Assembly (NCBI GenBank): GCA_037133395.1
Contig: JBAXOG010000001.1
Coordinates: forward strand, 38,123-102,122
Length of the DNA stretch: 64,000 nucleotides
Reading direction: 5' to 3'
From: a bacterium
GTDB taxonomy: Bacteria; Verrucomicrobiota; Kiritimatiellia; RFP12; UBA1067
The first letter of the stretch is position 1. The number at the start of each line of letters is the position of its first letter. The position numbers were made by a program, and so were the translations under genes. The notes under the pieces are model-generated. The model saw only the letters and a list, made by a program, of their open reading frames with translations. It was not told the origin of the DNA and did no database searches. This document shows, in pieces, positions 27,396-37,971 of the stretch.

Positions 27396-30300
27396 CTACT
27401 GCTGCTTGCCCGTCAGTTGGATCTGCCCCTGCCAGTAGTGTTGTCCGTCCTTATCTACCTGGATCTCGATTGTTCGTGGCTTGCCGATGTCTTGGCCGGG
27501 GTCAAGGTTCAATCCAAGTTTTCCCACCTCTCGATCCATCATCGTCCGCTCAATCCGTGCCTCCCCATCTGAATCTTCTGCCAGGATCTCAATCTCGTTG
27601 AGTTGCGCTATGGGGTTCGAGGGAGATTCCATTTCGAGAATCGTCAAGCGAAATTCCTGAGCCAACAGATTGCCAACGGGGATTGTGAAAACCTCCACTC
27701 TTCTCCCTGTCTTAATGTCCATCTCGCGGATGGTTTTCCATTCACCCTTCGGATCAAGATACTCCAGCCGGATGCGTTTGCAAAAAAAGGCAGGGTGCGA
27801 AGCGTGCAACACCAGCCGGTTAACCCGTTCGGGTCTCTCCAACTTCATCGTGATCACATGGGGCAAAGGAGCAGCTAGTTTAGAATGCCAACGATTTTTC
27901 GTACTGTGATTGACGATATGGTCGCACAAGCGCTCAGCACGGTTGTTATTGTCCAGGATGCTGCTGACCGTCGGCACATAAGGCAGACTTTTCAAACTTT
28001 TCCAGCCGACAGGCAACTTACAGCACACCGTCAACGCTTGCTGCGTTCCAGAGCAGTTCTCGGCTGTCACCAGACTGACCGGCTCCGCGAACCCCGCCTT
28101 GATTTCTCTGTCAACACCCCCCTGGATCACGACGCGTTTGAGCAGGTTCAACCGCACCGCCAAGGGTATCGTCGCCGCATGTCCCTTGCTCGTTGTCCGG
28201 ATCAACCCGACCACCAACACACTTCTGCAGCCGTTCGCCGACACCGGTGTCGAAAGCATACACTCAACCCGACAACTCGCTCCCGGCGCGAGAGTCCCGA
28301 GCATACCCCTAAAATCGAGTCGGCAATCAGACGGTGGTTGCAATTCAAGTTGCGCATCGACAAGCTCCTGCGCGCTACGGTTGGTCAAGGTCAATACAAA
28401 GGCAACCTTTCCGCCTGGCTCGCCAAGGATCGAAGAGGGATCTGACGCCCACTCGACAGCCAGCGTCCGCCCCAAGGCCAAGGCCGCGTCCACGGGCGTC
28501 ACCTCAAACCGGTAAGATCCAGACCCCGCCTTGAAGGTCACATAATCGATTTCCTCCGCAGCTTTTTCGAGACCTGAAACTGGCTTGAACAGGGTTCCAT
28601 CCCAAACCTTTGTGCCACCTTCGGTGATGACCACCTGTCCCGTACCGTCTTTCGGAACACTGATATCAGCGGTCGTGTTCGGCGGTATTTTCACATGGAG
28701 ATGAATCTGCCCTTTTTCCCTTTTCCACGACGAGCTGATTTCGCCGAAGGGTGAAATACGGCTTGCTGTCACAGAATTGAGTTTTTGAGGCAGCCCAGGA
28801 CGAATGATAATATTTTTGTATCCAGGAGCAGCAGGGTCAACGCGGATGCCTGCCAACCCTTCATGCAAATACGCGCCGACGCTGACAAAACAGGAAATGT
28901 TATGTGCGCCGCCCTCCCACCAGTTCTCCCATATCGTCGTAGACTTATAATTTACAATGTGATCGAGCCACCCGGGAAAGTTCGTCTGGGTGACGACGCT
29001 ATAAGCCGCTTCTGTCAAATCCAACCGGGGCAACATCCTCAACAGATGACTGGTTCCGATCGTGCCCGTGTCCAGATGACCGCCGCAACGTGCGTAAATA
29101 TCGTTCTGCAACAGCTCGCCCAGTCCCTTGTAATAAGGGTCAGAAACAAGCCCGAAACTCATCGGAACAACTTGCGAACTTTGTCTGAAGCCCACCTTTT
29201 CTGCAGTTTCATAAGTGCCGTTTTTTGCATTATAAAATGCTTTGCTGAAATCCTCTTTAATGGCCTGTGCCCATTGACCGTATTTCTGGGCATCGGACGC
29301 ATATCCGAGGATGACCGCCGACCGGGCAATGACATTAATGATATGGTAGAAATAACTCGTCGTGACGATGGCCGGTCCCTCCGGTCCTGCCGGTGAGTAT
29401 TCACCGTACGGATATGGCACGACCCAGTCTCCAAGTCCTCCGACAATGATGTTGTCCGAGCCATTGGTCTGACGTTTTTTGATCGTCTCAACCCATTTTT
29501 TCCAGCTCTCATAATTATCCGCCAGAACTTGCTTATCGCCAAAGTAGAGATAATTATTCCACGCGCAAACCGACCACGCCCCCGCCCACGCCAGAGACCC
29601 GGGCCCCACTTTTTTAGCCGCGTGCGGAATGATCACATTGACCGCATCGTGTTTTTCAAACTGATCCTTACAGTCACGCATCCATTTCTCAAAAAACAAC
29701 GCGCAGTCGAAGTTACCGTATACTGATGGACCGGCTAGAGTGGCAAAATCTCCCCAGCCGCTTCTTTCACGCGTCGAATCAGAGCTGGGCCAGCCTTGAA
29801 CGAGGCTTCGCACGGTCCACAAAACATTCTGCTGCAATTGATTGAGCAAGGGATCGCTGCAGGAGAAACTTCCGATTTGCTCAAGGTCTGTATTCACCAG
29901 ACACCCTTCGATACTGTTCAGCGTAGGCGTGCCGGGAAAACCCTTGAGCTGGACGTACTGGAATCCCACATAACTGAAACGGGGCTCAAAGGTCTCTTCT
30001 CCTTGACCCTTCAGAATACAGATGAATTGGTGGCGGCGTATTTTTTCACGAGAAACGAATTCATCGCCTCGCGTAGGCGTCTCGGCCATGCTTAACGTGA
30101 CTTTGGTTCCGGCGAGCCCCTTCGCTTTCAACCGGACCCTGCCAGCGAAATTCTGTCCCAGATCATAAACATAGACTCCTGGAGATGTCTCTTTCATTGA
30201 AACAGGCTTGATGGCTTTCGTAATCCTGACCGGCGGCATCATTTGTGCCGTCAGTTTACCTTTGGGTTCGGGCACTGACTTGGCTGCCTGCCACGCGGAG

Positions 30301-31364
30301 TCGTCAAAACCGGAATGATCCCAGTTTTCCTGTTCAGTCCGGGCATCATAGATCTCACCCGTATGGGGGTCATCCCAGAGGATGGGGCTGTCCGCGGTTT
30401 TCCAACTGTGGTCACTCACCACGGTGTCCACGCTTCCGTCGGCGTATCGGATTTCGAGATGGAACAGAAGTTTCGGCTGACCTGTCCACCCCGCCTCATT
30501 TTCCGCGGCTGTTCCTCGGGTGATCACGTTGTACCATCCGCGGCCAAGCAGGGTGCCGATGGTATTGTCACCCTTTTTTATTTGCTTGGAGATGTCATAC
30601 GACAGGTAATAGAGTGTCTTCTCATAATCACTACGGGCGGGGTTGTTCACCCCGATATTCAGGGTCGTTCCGTTAACATGCAACTCGAAACAGCCTAAGC
30701 CGCAAACACTCACGATCGCTGAGGCCACTTTCTTTTCTGGACTGATCACAAAATCCTTGCGTAACATCGGAGCGGGACTCTGCTTAGGTCCAAAAGAATA
30801 CAGATTCCACAGGGTTGTATTGAGATAAAACTGAACAACCTGTGAGCCGAATTGCTTATCCTCGGCTTCACGCCTGTCGCTTTTTTCCTTGAGATAGGCG
30901 GCCTCTTCCCAACGGCCAATCCACTGCGCATTTTTCCAGTCCATCCGATTGATCGGTCCCATGATAAAACAGGCTGCGTCACTCCATGTGTTGGCGACTC
31001 CTTTGCCATCCCACACCCGCACCGACCAGAAATATGTTCGCCCTGACTGCAAGGCCCGGCCTTCGTATTCGACATTGCCGCTGCGGTCCGACACCACTTT
31101 GCCGCTATCCCACGCACACCGTTCGAGGTGCTGTAGAAAATTCTTATCTTCGCCCACCAGAATTTGGTAAGCCAACTGCATCTGACTGCGGGAGGTCGCG
31201 GACAGTGTCCAGGAGAAACGCGGGCGCAGGTTATCAACCCCCACCGGGTTCTGCAAGTACTCACACCGCAACTGCTGAGGGTTGATGAACCCATCGGCTT
31301 TTACGGCAACAGACATAAAACCGACTAGCAATACTGCTAGACTCGCTGATTTAGAATGATTCAT
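27396..31364 (-). CDS. GH78 alpha-L-rhamnosidase with C-terminal F5/8-type-C (discoidin) domain
   Basis: N-terminus QQLRCEYLQNPVGVDNLRPRFSWTL is the canonical GH78 start. 1322 aa. The C-terminal 150 aa are discoidin-like. Confidence 0.8.
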   Translation of the reverse strand: MNHSKSASLAVLLVGFMSVAVKADGFINPQQLRCEYLQNPVGVDNLRPRFSWTLSATSRSQMQLAYQILVGEDKNFLQHLERCAWDSGKVVSDRSGNVEYEGRALQSGRTYFWSVRVWDGKGVANTWSDAACFIMGPINRMDWKNAQWIGRWEEAAYLKEKSDRREAEDKQFGSQVVQFYLNTTLWNLYSFGPKQSPAPMLRKDFVISPEKKVASAIVSVCGLGCFELHVNGTTLNIGVNNPARSDYEKTLYYLSYDISKQIKKGDNTIGTLLGRGWYNVITRGTAAENEAGWTGQPKLLFHLEIRYADGSVDTVVSDHSWKTADSPILWDDPHTGEIYDARTEQENWDHSGFDDSAWQAAKSVPEPKGKLTAQMMPPVRITKAIKPVSMKETSPGVYVYDLGQNFAGRVRLKAKGLAGTKVTLSMAETPTRGDEFVSREKIRRHQFICILKGQGEETFEPRFSYVGFQYVQLKGFPGTPTLNSIEGCLVNTDLEQIGSFSCSDPLLNQLQQNVLWTVRSLVQGWPSSDSTRERSGWGDFATLAGPSVYGNFDCALFFEKWMRDCKDQFEKHDAVNVIIPHAAKKVGPGSLAWAGAWSVCAWNNYLYFGDKQVLADNYESWKKWVETIKKRQTNGSDNIIVGGLGDWVVPYPYGEYSPAGPEGPAIVTTSYFYHIINVIARSAVILGYASDAQKYGQWAQAIKEDFSKAFYNAKNGTYETAEKVGFRQSSQVVPMSFGLVSDPYYKGLGELLQNDIYARCGGHLDTGTIGTSHLLRMLPRLDLTEAAYSVVTQTNFPGWLDHIVNYKSTTIWENWWEGGAHNISCFVSVGAYLHEGLAGIRVDPAAPGYKNIIIRPGLPQKLNSVTASRISPFGEISSSWKREKGQIHLHVKIPPNTTADISVPKDGTGQVVITEGGTKVWDGTLFKPVSGLEKAAEEIDYVTFKAGSGSYRFEVTPVDAALALGRTLAVEWASDPSSILGEPGGKVAFVLTLTNRSAQELVDAQLELQPPSDCRLDFRGMLGTLAPGASCRVECMLSTPVSANGCRSVLVVGLIRTTSKGHAATIPLAVRLNLLKRVVIQGGVDREIKAGFAEPVSLVTAENCSGTQQALTVCCKLPVGWKSLKSLPYVPTVSSILDNNNRAERLCDHIVNHSTKNRWHSKLAAPLPHVITMKLERPERVNRLVLHASHPAFFCKRIRLEYLDPKGEWKTIREMDIKTGRRVEVFTIPVGNLLAQEFRLTILEMESPSNPIAQLNEIEILAEDSDGEARIERTMMDREVGKLGLNLDPGQDIGKPRTIEIQVDKDGQHYWQGQIQLTGKQQ

Positions 31365-31395
31365 TTATTCTTTCTGAGAAGCTTCGCCGCTGTTA

Positions 31396-32868
31396 TCACA
31401 AAAACCTGATCATCGTCCCCTTAGGCGGCGCGCCCTCGGTCGTATAGTAATAACCGCCGCCGCTTAACGCGGGCGACAGATCCCTTGCCCCACCATTATT
31501 ATTTGCCCCGTAAACCCGATTAGGTTGCAATAGTTCGCCATTGACCGACAACATCCTGATCGTATTGGTGCCCGTGAACGCCAGATTGTTCGTCGCCCCC
31601 GTAGCGATAGTGACACACACGTTTGTCGACAGCATTTGATTCAATGCCAGCGTGCCCGCTGTAATCGTCACATCCCCGCTGAAGGTATTCGTTGCTGATA
31701 ACGTCAGCGTGCCCGTGCCCTTCTTGGTCAGCTTACCGATCTGGCCGGGGGCATCCTTCAAAACAGATGAAATGGTGACTTCATAGCCCCCGTCGTCAAT
31801 GATCGCGCCATTCGTCGTGACCGTTACATTAACAAAGTTTGCGTATGTGTTCCCAAGGGTCATGAGGTTTGTATTGTTTGCTCCCGCGCCGTTCAATAGC
31901 GTTCCCCCGTCAAACTGAAAATTCTGGACACGGCTCGTAGAGGGATATCTCCCCACGATTCCACCCGCACCCACTGCCAGCGTTCCCCCGCAAAGGAATA
32001 CCTGTCCGGTATTACTGCCAGCGTAACTGTATCCAACTTTATACGCATTAACCACACCATCACGGATAATGAGATTACCCAAGGCACTATCATTAATCGC
32101 CAGCCAAATACCGTCCGTGCTATTTGTGGCATTAACCGTTCCACCGTCAACCGTCATCGTGCCATAGCCGCCCTGCCCCACCCGCAACGAATTCGCCACA
32201 TTCAACGTTCCGCCACTGGCCACGGTGATGGTTCCGGTATCGCCGCTATAATAGGCCGTCCACAGACTGCCCGCAATATTGGCGGTGCCATTATTGCTGA
32301 CGATCAGGCTCCCTGTACCATAAACCGCATCATATAAGCTGCCAGACACTGTCAACGTTCCGGCGTTCACAACCGCAGTGCCATTGCCATTACGGGATGT
32401 TGTATTAGGGTAAGACCCCAGACGCAATTCCCCTCCAACGGCAACTGTACCGCCTGAAGCAATATGAAGGGCACCTGTACCACCCGATGCATAGCCTACA
32501 TGAAGAGTAGGCGTAGTTGTAGAGGGACCTTTCACCGTCAATGTCCCAGCATTAAGCGTATAGACACCCGTTCCGGTGTTGCCAATGTAAGAAGGACTCG
32601 CTGCGTTTGTAAGCGTCAAGGCGCCGCCATCTTGGATCACATATCCACTGCCGACGGAAGAGCCAACGGTTACATGCGAGTTGGTGACAATTGCCGTGGT
32701 GATGCGGGCGGCACCGCCATTATTGATCAAAACGTACACCCCAGCCGGAGCCCCGCTCGGATTCCAATTGCCCGCCGTCTCCCACGCATTGGTCGCGCCA
32801 GTCGTGCCTGTCCAGGTCGCCCCCTGTGCGGTCCCTGTCGCCAACGACAGCAATACGAGTGCTTTCAT
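31396..32868 (-). CDS. Autotransporter-associated beta-strand repeat (PATR) protein, secreted
   Basis: Signal peptide MKALVLLSLATGTAQG, then many GTLT/GGTL beta-strand repeats (GTGTLTLSATNTFSGDVTITAGTLAL). The ORF track start is 32943; the internal Met at about 32868 is more plausible. Confidence 0.65.
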   Translation of the reverse strand: MKALVLLSLATGTAQGATWTGTTGATNAWETAGNWNPSGAPAGVYVLINNGGAARITTAIVTNSHVTVGSSVGSGYVIQDGGALTLTNAASPSYIGNTGTGVYTLNAGTLTVKGPSTTTPTLHVGYASGGTGALHIASGGTVAVGGELRLGSYPNTTSRNGNGTAVVNAGTLTVSGSLYDAVYGTGSLIVSNNGTANIAGSLWTAYYSGDTGTITVASGGTLNVANSLRVGQGGYGTMTVDGGTVNATNSTDGIWLAINDSALGNLIIRDGVVNAYKVGYSYAGSNTGQVFLCGGTLAVGAGGIVGRYPSTSRVQNFQFDGGTLLNGAGANNTNLMTLGNTYANFVNVTVTTNGAIIDDGGYEVTISSVLKDAPGQIGKLTKKGTGTLTLSATNTFSGDVTITAGTLALNQMLSTNVCVTIATGATNNLAFTGTNTIRMLSVNGELLQPNRVYGANNNGGARDLSPALSGGGYYYTTEGAPPKGTMIRFL

Positions 32869-33150
32869 ACAGAACATGCTCTCATTCTTACTCATTATTC
32901 TCATAATCATTCTCCTCTTGTCTGATTTAATTGACACCATCATAACGCATACATCTCGTGGGTGGCATCCCCTTTTCGGGGGAGGGAGTTGTTTGAAATG
33001 TGTTGTTAATGTGTTAGTTGAAGAATTGAACGTTCAACACCGAATGCACGGGCAAGCGAACCGCCCGCAGAGCGGGAATAAACGAGAGAGTAACTTGGAC
33101 AGGGAATAATGGAATGGCGGAATACTGGAATATTGGAAGAAGGCACTCTT

Positions 33151-33201
33151 GGGAGGGACGAGCGTTTGCTCGTCCAAGGCACGCAGACGCGTGCCCCTCC
33201 C
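33151..33201. repeat. Structured repeat C1: GGGAGGG-[hairpin GGACGAGC/GCTCGTCC]-[hairpin GGCACGC/GCGTGCC]-CCCTCCC
   Basis: Three nested or adjacent inverted repeats. Copies of the same architecture at 59104-59152 and 50643-50693. Confidence 0.55.
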
Positions 33202-33304
33202 ATAGTAGCAATTTCTCTTTCCCCATCATTCCAACATTCCCACCTGTCCGCCGGAGCCTTGGCAAAGGCGGATATTCCAACATTCCAGTGAAGTTAGAGG
33301 CAAT

Positions 33305-35611
33305 TTAAAATGCCGATATCGTCTTCGAGAAAGAATAGGGCGCGTCTGTGTCTGAGGTTCCCCGCGTGACGTTGGGCTTGTCCGTCATGTCGAAGTCAAG
33401 TGTGGAACCCTTCTTCAGCGTTTCAACTATCAAAAAATTTCCAGTGTACTTTTTGTTGTTTAGCTTCATGCCCGCGATGTAGCGGTTGACCGCGCTGTTC
33501 TCAGGCGCTTTGATGACAAGCTTCTGGCCGTTCTCAAAGGTCACGGTCGCCTTCTTGAAGAGTGGCGCGCCCAACACGACTTCACCACTGCCGGGACACA
33601 CAGGATAAAAGCCAAGCGCGGACCACACATACCACGCGGAGGTCTGCCCGTTGTCTTCGTCGCCACAGTAGCCGTCCGGCGCAGGCGTGTAGAGCCGGTC
33701 CATCACTTCGCGCACCCAGCGTTGCGTCTTCCAGGGTTCGCCTGCATACGCATAGAGGTAAATCACATGCTGGATCGGCTGGTTGCCATGCGCGTACTGC
33801 CCGAAGTTCATAATCTGCATCTCGCGGATCTCGTGGATCACCTGCTTATAGTAACTCTCATCGAAGACGGGGGGCAATGTGAAGATCTCATCCAGCTTCG
33901 CAACAAATGGTTTGCGTCCGCCCATGAGATCGATCAGCCCCTGCACATCGTGAAAGACCGACCACGAGTAGTGAAGACTGTTACCCTCTGTGAAATCACC
34001 GCCCCATTTGAAGGGATTGAACTCCTTGTCGAACGTGCCGTCCGCGTTACGACCAACCATCCACCCCTTTTCTTTTGAAAAAAGGTTTTGATAGTTCATG
34101 GCGCGCTTCGCAAAGCGATCAATCTCTGCCTGCGGATGCTTCAAATCAACGGCTAATTTCCAGATGCACCAGTCGTTATACGCGTATTCCAGTGTACGCG
34201 CTGCGCTCTCGTTGATGCCGATGTCGCGCGGTACATAGCCGCGTTCCAGATAGGCCTCAACGCCTAGCCTTCCTGTAGATTTGATTGTCGGATGCGCATG
34301 CTCCGCGCCATGTACGACCGCTCCATAAAGCGTGGCGATATCATAGCCGCCGCGCGCGTTGCTCAGCCAGGCATCCGCTACGATTGAGGCCGAGTTGTTG
34401 CCGACCATGCAATCGCGATGACCCGGACTCGCCCACTCCGGCAGCCAGCCACTCTCGCGATAGCAGTTCTCCAGACCTGCGGTCATCTTGGCGTTCATCG
34501 ACGGATAGAACACATTCAACAGCGGGAAGAGCGAACGGAAGGTATCCCAGAAGCCGCTGTCCGTAAAATAGTATCCCGGCTTGACCTCGCCCGTATGGGG
34601 ACTGTAATGAACCGGCTTGCCTGCGGCATCAATCTCGTAAAACATGCGCGGAAAGAGCAGTGAGCGGTAGAGGCAGGTGTAGAAGACGCGATACTGATCC
34701 AATGTGCCACCCTCGACCACGATACGGCCCAATTCCGTGTTCCAAGCCTGCTTGCCATTTTCGCAAAGCGCATCAAAGGAATCGGAACCAAGCTCTTTCA
34801 AATTGAGTTCCGCCTGTTCAAGACTGATGAATGACGAGGCGACACGGACGTGTATGCGGTCACCGCGAGCAGCGGCCTTGAACTGCACCCGCGCGCCGAC
34901 ATGATTGTCCTGCAACTCCAGTGTGCCTTCTTTCAGCTCCTTGTCTTTCCAGGAAGTCGCCGTAACAAAGGGTTGATCAAAGACCAGCACAAAATAGTTT
35001 TTAAAATTCGCGGGCACGCCGCCGCTGTTACGCGTAGACCATCCCACGATTTTACGCTGTTCGGGAATGATCTTGATGTACGAGCCTTTGTCAAACGCAT
35101 CCACAACTATATAGGCTTGATCTGTCTTAGGATACGTCACATGGAACAACGCCGCACGTTCGGTGGGCGTCACTTCGACGGTCGTATCATAGTCCGCCAG
35201 ATAGACACTGTACCGATACGGCGTGGCCTTCTCAGCCTTGTGCGAAAACCAACTGGCGCGCGCCTCTTCGGTGAAGCCCGCCTTACCTGTAACCGGCATG
35301 ATGGAGAACTGACCGTAGTCATTGATCCACGGGCTCGGCTGATGCGTCTGCTTGATTCCCACGATCTGATAGGCATCATAACTATAGGTCCAGCCATTTC
35401 CCATCTTGCCCGTTTGCGGCGTCCAGAAATTCATGCCCCACGGCCGAGCGATCACGGGATAGACATTACCGGACGAGAGTTTGAATTCACTGTCTGTGCC
35501 CATCAGTGGCAGCACATAAGAAACCGGATCGCTCATCGTTTCCGCACCGCACAGCCACGCGAAACTCAGCATTCCGACTAATTCCCATCCTAAATAACCA
35601 TGACGTTGCAT
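33305..35611 (-). CDS. GH92 alpha-mannosidase
   Basis: VLPLMGTDSEF...YPVIARPWGMNFWTPQT...QTHQPSPWINDYG conserved GH92 N-terminal motifs. 768 aa. Confidence 0.8.
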   Translation of the reverse strand: MQRHGYLGWELVGMLSFAWLCGAETMSDPVSYVLPLMGTDSEFKLSSGNVYPVIARPWGMNFWTPQTGKMGNGWTYSYDAYQIVGIKQTHQPSPWINDYGQFSIMPVTGKAGFTEEARASWFSHKAEKATPYRYSVYLADYDTTVEVTPTERAALFHVTYPKTDQAYIVVDAFDKGSYIKIIPEQRKIVGWSTRNSGGVPANFKNYFVLVFDQPFVTATSWKDKELKEGTLELQDNHVGARVQFKAAARGDRIHVRVASSFISLEQAELNLKELGSDSFDALCENGKQAWNTELGRIVVEGGTLDQYRVFYTCLYRSLLFPRMFYEIDAAGKPVHYSPHTGEVKPGYYFTDSGFWDTFRSLFPLLNVFYPSMNAKMTAGLENCYRESGWLPEWASPGHRDCMVGNNSASIVADAWLSNARGGYDIATLYGAVVHGAEHAHPTIKSTGRLGVEAYLERGYVPRDIGINESAARTLEYAYNDWCIWKLAVDLKHPQAEIDRFAKRAMNYQNLFSKEKGWMVGRNADGTFDKEFNPFKWGGDFTEGNSLHYSWSVFHDVQGLIDLMGGRKPFVAKLDEIFTLPPVFDESYYKQVIHEIREMQIMNFGQYAHGNQPIQHVIYLYAYAGEPWKTQRWVREVMDRLYTPAPDGYCGDEDNGQTSAWYVWSALGFYPVCPGSGEVVLGAPLFKKATVTFENGQKLVIKAPENSAVNRYIAGMKLNNKKYTGNFLIVETLKKGSTLDFDMTDKPNVTRGTSDTDAPYSFSKTISAF

Positions 35612-35623
35612 CTGAAATCCTCC

Positions 35624-36262
35624 CTATTCTTTTGGGTGCTTGGTAAAATAGACCACGGCTTCGGCACGACTGCGGATGTGGAGTTTCTCATAAATATTTT
35701 TTACATACGTACGCACGGTTTCGAAGCCAATATCTAGCTTTGCTGCGATTTCTTTGTAGATGAAGCCAGAGGCGATCAGTTCAAGAATCTCCATCTCGCG
35801 CGGACTGAGCTGTTTCTTGTCATCCGTAGGTTCTGGTTCGAAACGATGAAAGTATTGCACCACTTTGCGGGCGATATGGCTGGTCATGGGTGAGCCACCC
35901 TGAAAGACTTCATCCATGCGTTCGATCAAATTACCCACCGAATCCCACTTGACCAGATAGCCGCTTACGCCTGCCTTCAGGGCGTTGAAAACTCGGTCAC
36001 TATCCTCGAATGACGTCAACATCAGTACATGCAACTTAGGGTGGTCGCGCTTGAGTTGCGCCGTGCAGGTAATACCGTCCATGCCCGGCAACTCGATGTC
36101 CATCAACACTAGGTCAGGTTCCAGTTTCGGAATAATTTTGAGCGCGAGTTCGGCCTTGCCGATCTGATCGACACACTCATATCCCGCAGAACGATCAATC
36201 TCACGCCGCAGTTCTTCTCGCAACCGTTTGTCGTCCTCGACAATTACCACACGTTTCTTCAT
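35624..36262 (-). CDS. NarL/LuxR-family response regulator
   Basis: Receiver VVIVEDD...LMDIELPGMDG and a LuxR HTH (LSPREMEILELIASGFIYKEIAAKL). Start ATG overlaps the kinase stop (ATGA). Confidence 0.8.
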   Translation of the reverse strand: MKKRVVIVEDDKRLREELRREIDRSAGYECVDQIGKAELALKIIPKLEPDLVLMDIELPGMDGITCTAQLKRDHPKLHVLMLTSFEDSDRVFNALKAGVSGYLVKWDSVGNLIERMDEVFQGGSPMTSHIARKVVQYFHRFEPEPTDDKKQLSPREMEILELIASGFIYKEIAAKLDIGFETVRTYVKNIYEKLHIRSRAEAVVYFTKHPKE

Positions 36263-37971
36263 TTCACTTCCTCCGGGAGCGTAACATAGAAGGTCACTTT
36301 CGTCCCCAGCTCGAGGGTACTTTCCCAAACGACACCCCCTTTGATTTCTTTCATGCGCGCCCGCATATTGGCCAGTCCCTCGCCAGGCACCACTGCACCC
36401 ATAATAAACCCTTTTCCATTATCCATGACTTCGATGGTCATCGTGTTCCCGTCCAGCACGAGCCGTACACTGATCTCGCTGGCCAGCGCATGTTTGAGCG
36501 CGTTCGTCACGGCCTCCCGGAAGGCCAGCATCAAGTTGTAACGCAGGTGACTGGCAACGGTGAGGGCTGGTAAAAACGTCGGGATGTCCAACCGGAACCG
36601 CATGCCGCATCCAGAACAAAGCTTTTGCGTAGTTTGCGCGATATAGCCCGCTAACGCCTCTGCGGTATCGTTCTCGGTTTTGACCGCCCAGATGATTTCG
36701 TGCAACTGTTGTCCAGCCTCGAGCGAACCCTCCAAGATGCGCGTCAATGCGTTCTTCTGGTCTACCGCAGAAAAACTCTCCGCTTGCGCGGCTGTGGCGA
36801 TCAACCGGATCTGCGTCAAGCGCGACCCGATATCGTCATGAATATCCCGAGCGATACGGGTACGCTCCTCTTCAAGTCGGCGCATCCACTCCAGCTTGGA
36901 TAGCCGGAACTGTACGCGACGCCGATAGTTCCACGCGATAAATCCGAAGAGTAGCCCCGCGCCGAGCAACGAGCACAGCGCCACAAACCATTGTGTCCTG
37001 TAAAACAGTGCGGGTAACAGGAAGGGAAGCAGCACCTCTTCATAAACGGTCTGCGCGTCAGGGGAGACCCGTTGCATAAACAATTGATACTTGCCTGGCG
37101 GCAGTCCGTTATAGGTTAACGGATTCAATTCGGACGAGCCGATGGAGTAGCTCCAGTTCCACACGATCTTCAGGAGATCGCCCGGACGAATACGTTCATC
37201 CAATTTCATCCGGTAATTATATTCGGTATAGGATATGTTGCTGGTATCGCGCAACACGAGCAGATGCCTCCCGGGCTCTGTCGGATGCGACACCAACTCG
37301 GAGAGATCGGCGCGCATGTAGCTGCGCCAGGGCGGAGCAACCTTGCCCTGGGGATCAGGCTCAAATGTGGCTACGGCCCAAGGCGTCTCATCCTCCACGC
37401 CATCTCTGACCCGGAAGATTCGGATATCATCCACGGCGAGGATGCCGACGGTATCTACATTCCCACCGGAGACGACTGACACGTCAATCCCTTTAACATC
37501 GGACGGCACCTGGATCATCCGCGTTTGCGAAGAGAGTGGCGCGTTTGACACGCAACCAGTCCACCCAGAGGAAGATCCTGCCGCGTGCCAGTTTCCAATA
37601 CTGAAAAAATCGGTCTCCTTGTTTCCGAAGAAGCGGAAACTCACGCGCATGCTACCCCCTGCTTCGCGCCATTCCGTATCCAGACCTTCCAAACGGTAAC
37701 GGAAACGATAGCCCTGCCCACTCCCAGCATTGGGGACCTTGAAGTTGAACTGAACTTGACGAGTCCCAGCCGGGAGAGACCACGCATCAAACTGCGTCAC
37801 GTGACGTTGACCCGACTCGGCTTCGATATGTTCGTTGATTACGGGTAACACCATTGCTTTCCTGTCCAAGACAACACTATCAAGGCTCATCACTTGATCC
37901 ACCTGTGCCGTCCCCCCTGCAAACGACACCCAACTAAACAAGATCAGATAAACGTAAAATGTTTTTTCCAT
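36259..37971 (-). CDS. Sensor histidine kinase with periplasmic Y_Y_Y-type domain, HisKA_3 and HATPase
   Basis: GYRFRYRLEGLDTEWREAG matches Y_Y_Y. TM segment. H-box RIARDIHDDIGSRLTQ. C-terminal ATPase. Start taken at the internal Met MEKTFYV. The ORF track runs to 38001. Confidence 0.7.
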   Translation of the reverse strand: MEKTFYVYLILFSWVSFAGGTAQVDQVMSLDSVVLDRKAMVLPVINEHIEAESGQRHVTQFDAWSLPAGTRQVQFNFKVPNAGSGQGYRFRYRLEGLDTEWREAGGSMRVSFRFFGNKETDFFSIGNWHAAGSSSGWTGCVSNAPLSSQTRMIQVPSDVKGIDVSVVSGGNVDTVGILAVDDIRIFRVRDGVEDETPWAVATFEPDPQGKVAPPWRSYMRADLSELVSHPTEPGRHLLVLRDTSNISYTEYNYRMKLDERIRPGDLLKIVWNWSYSIGSSELNPLTYNGLPPGKYQLFMQRVSPDAQTVYEEVLLPFLLPALFYRTQWFVALCSLLGAGLLFGFIAWNYRRRVQFRLSKLEWMRRLEEERTRIARDIHDDIGSRLTQIRLIATAAQAESFSAVDQKNALTRILEGSLEAGQQLHEIIWAVKTENDTAEALAGYIAQTTQKLCSGCGMRFRLDIPTFLPALTVASHLRYNLMLAFREAVTNALKHALASEISVRLVLDGNTMTIEVMDNGKGFIMGAVVPGEGLANMRARMKEIKGGVVWESTLELGTKVTFYVTLPEEVK

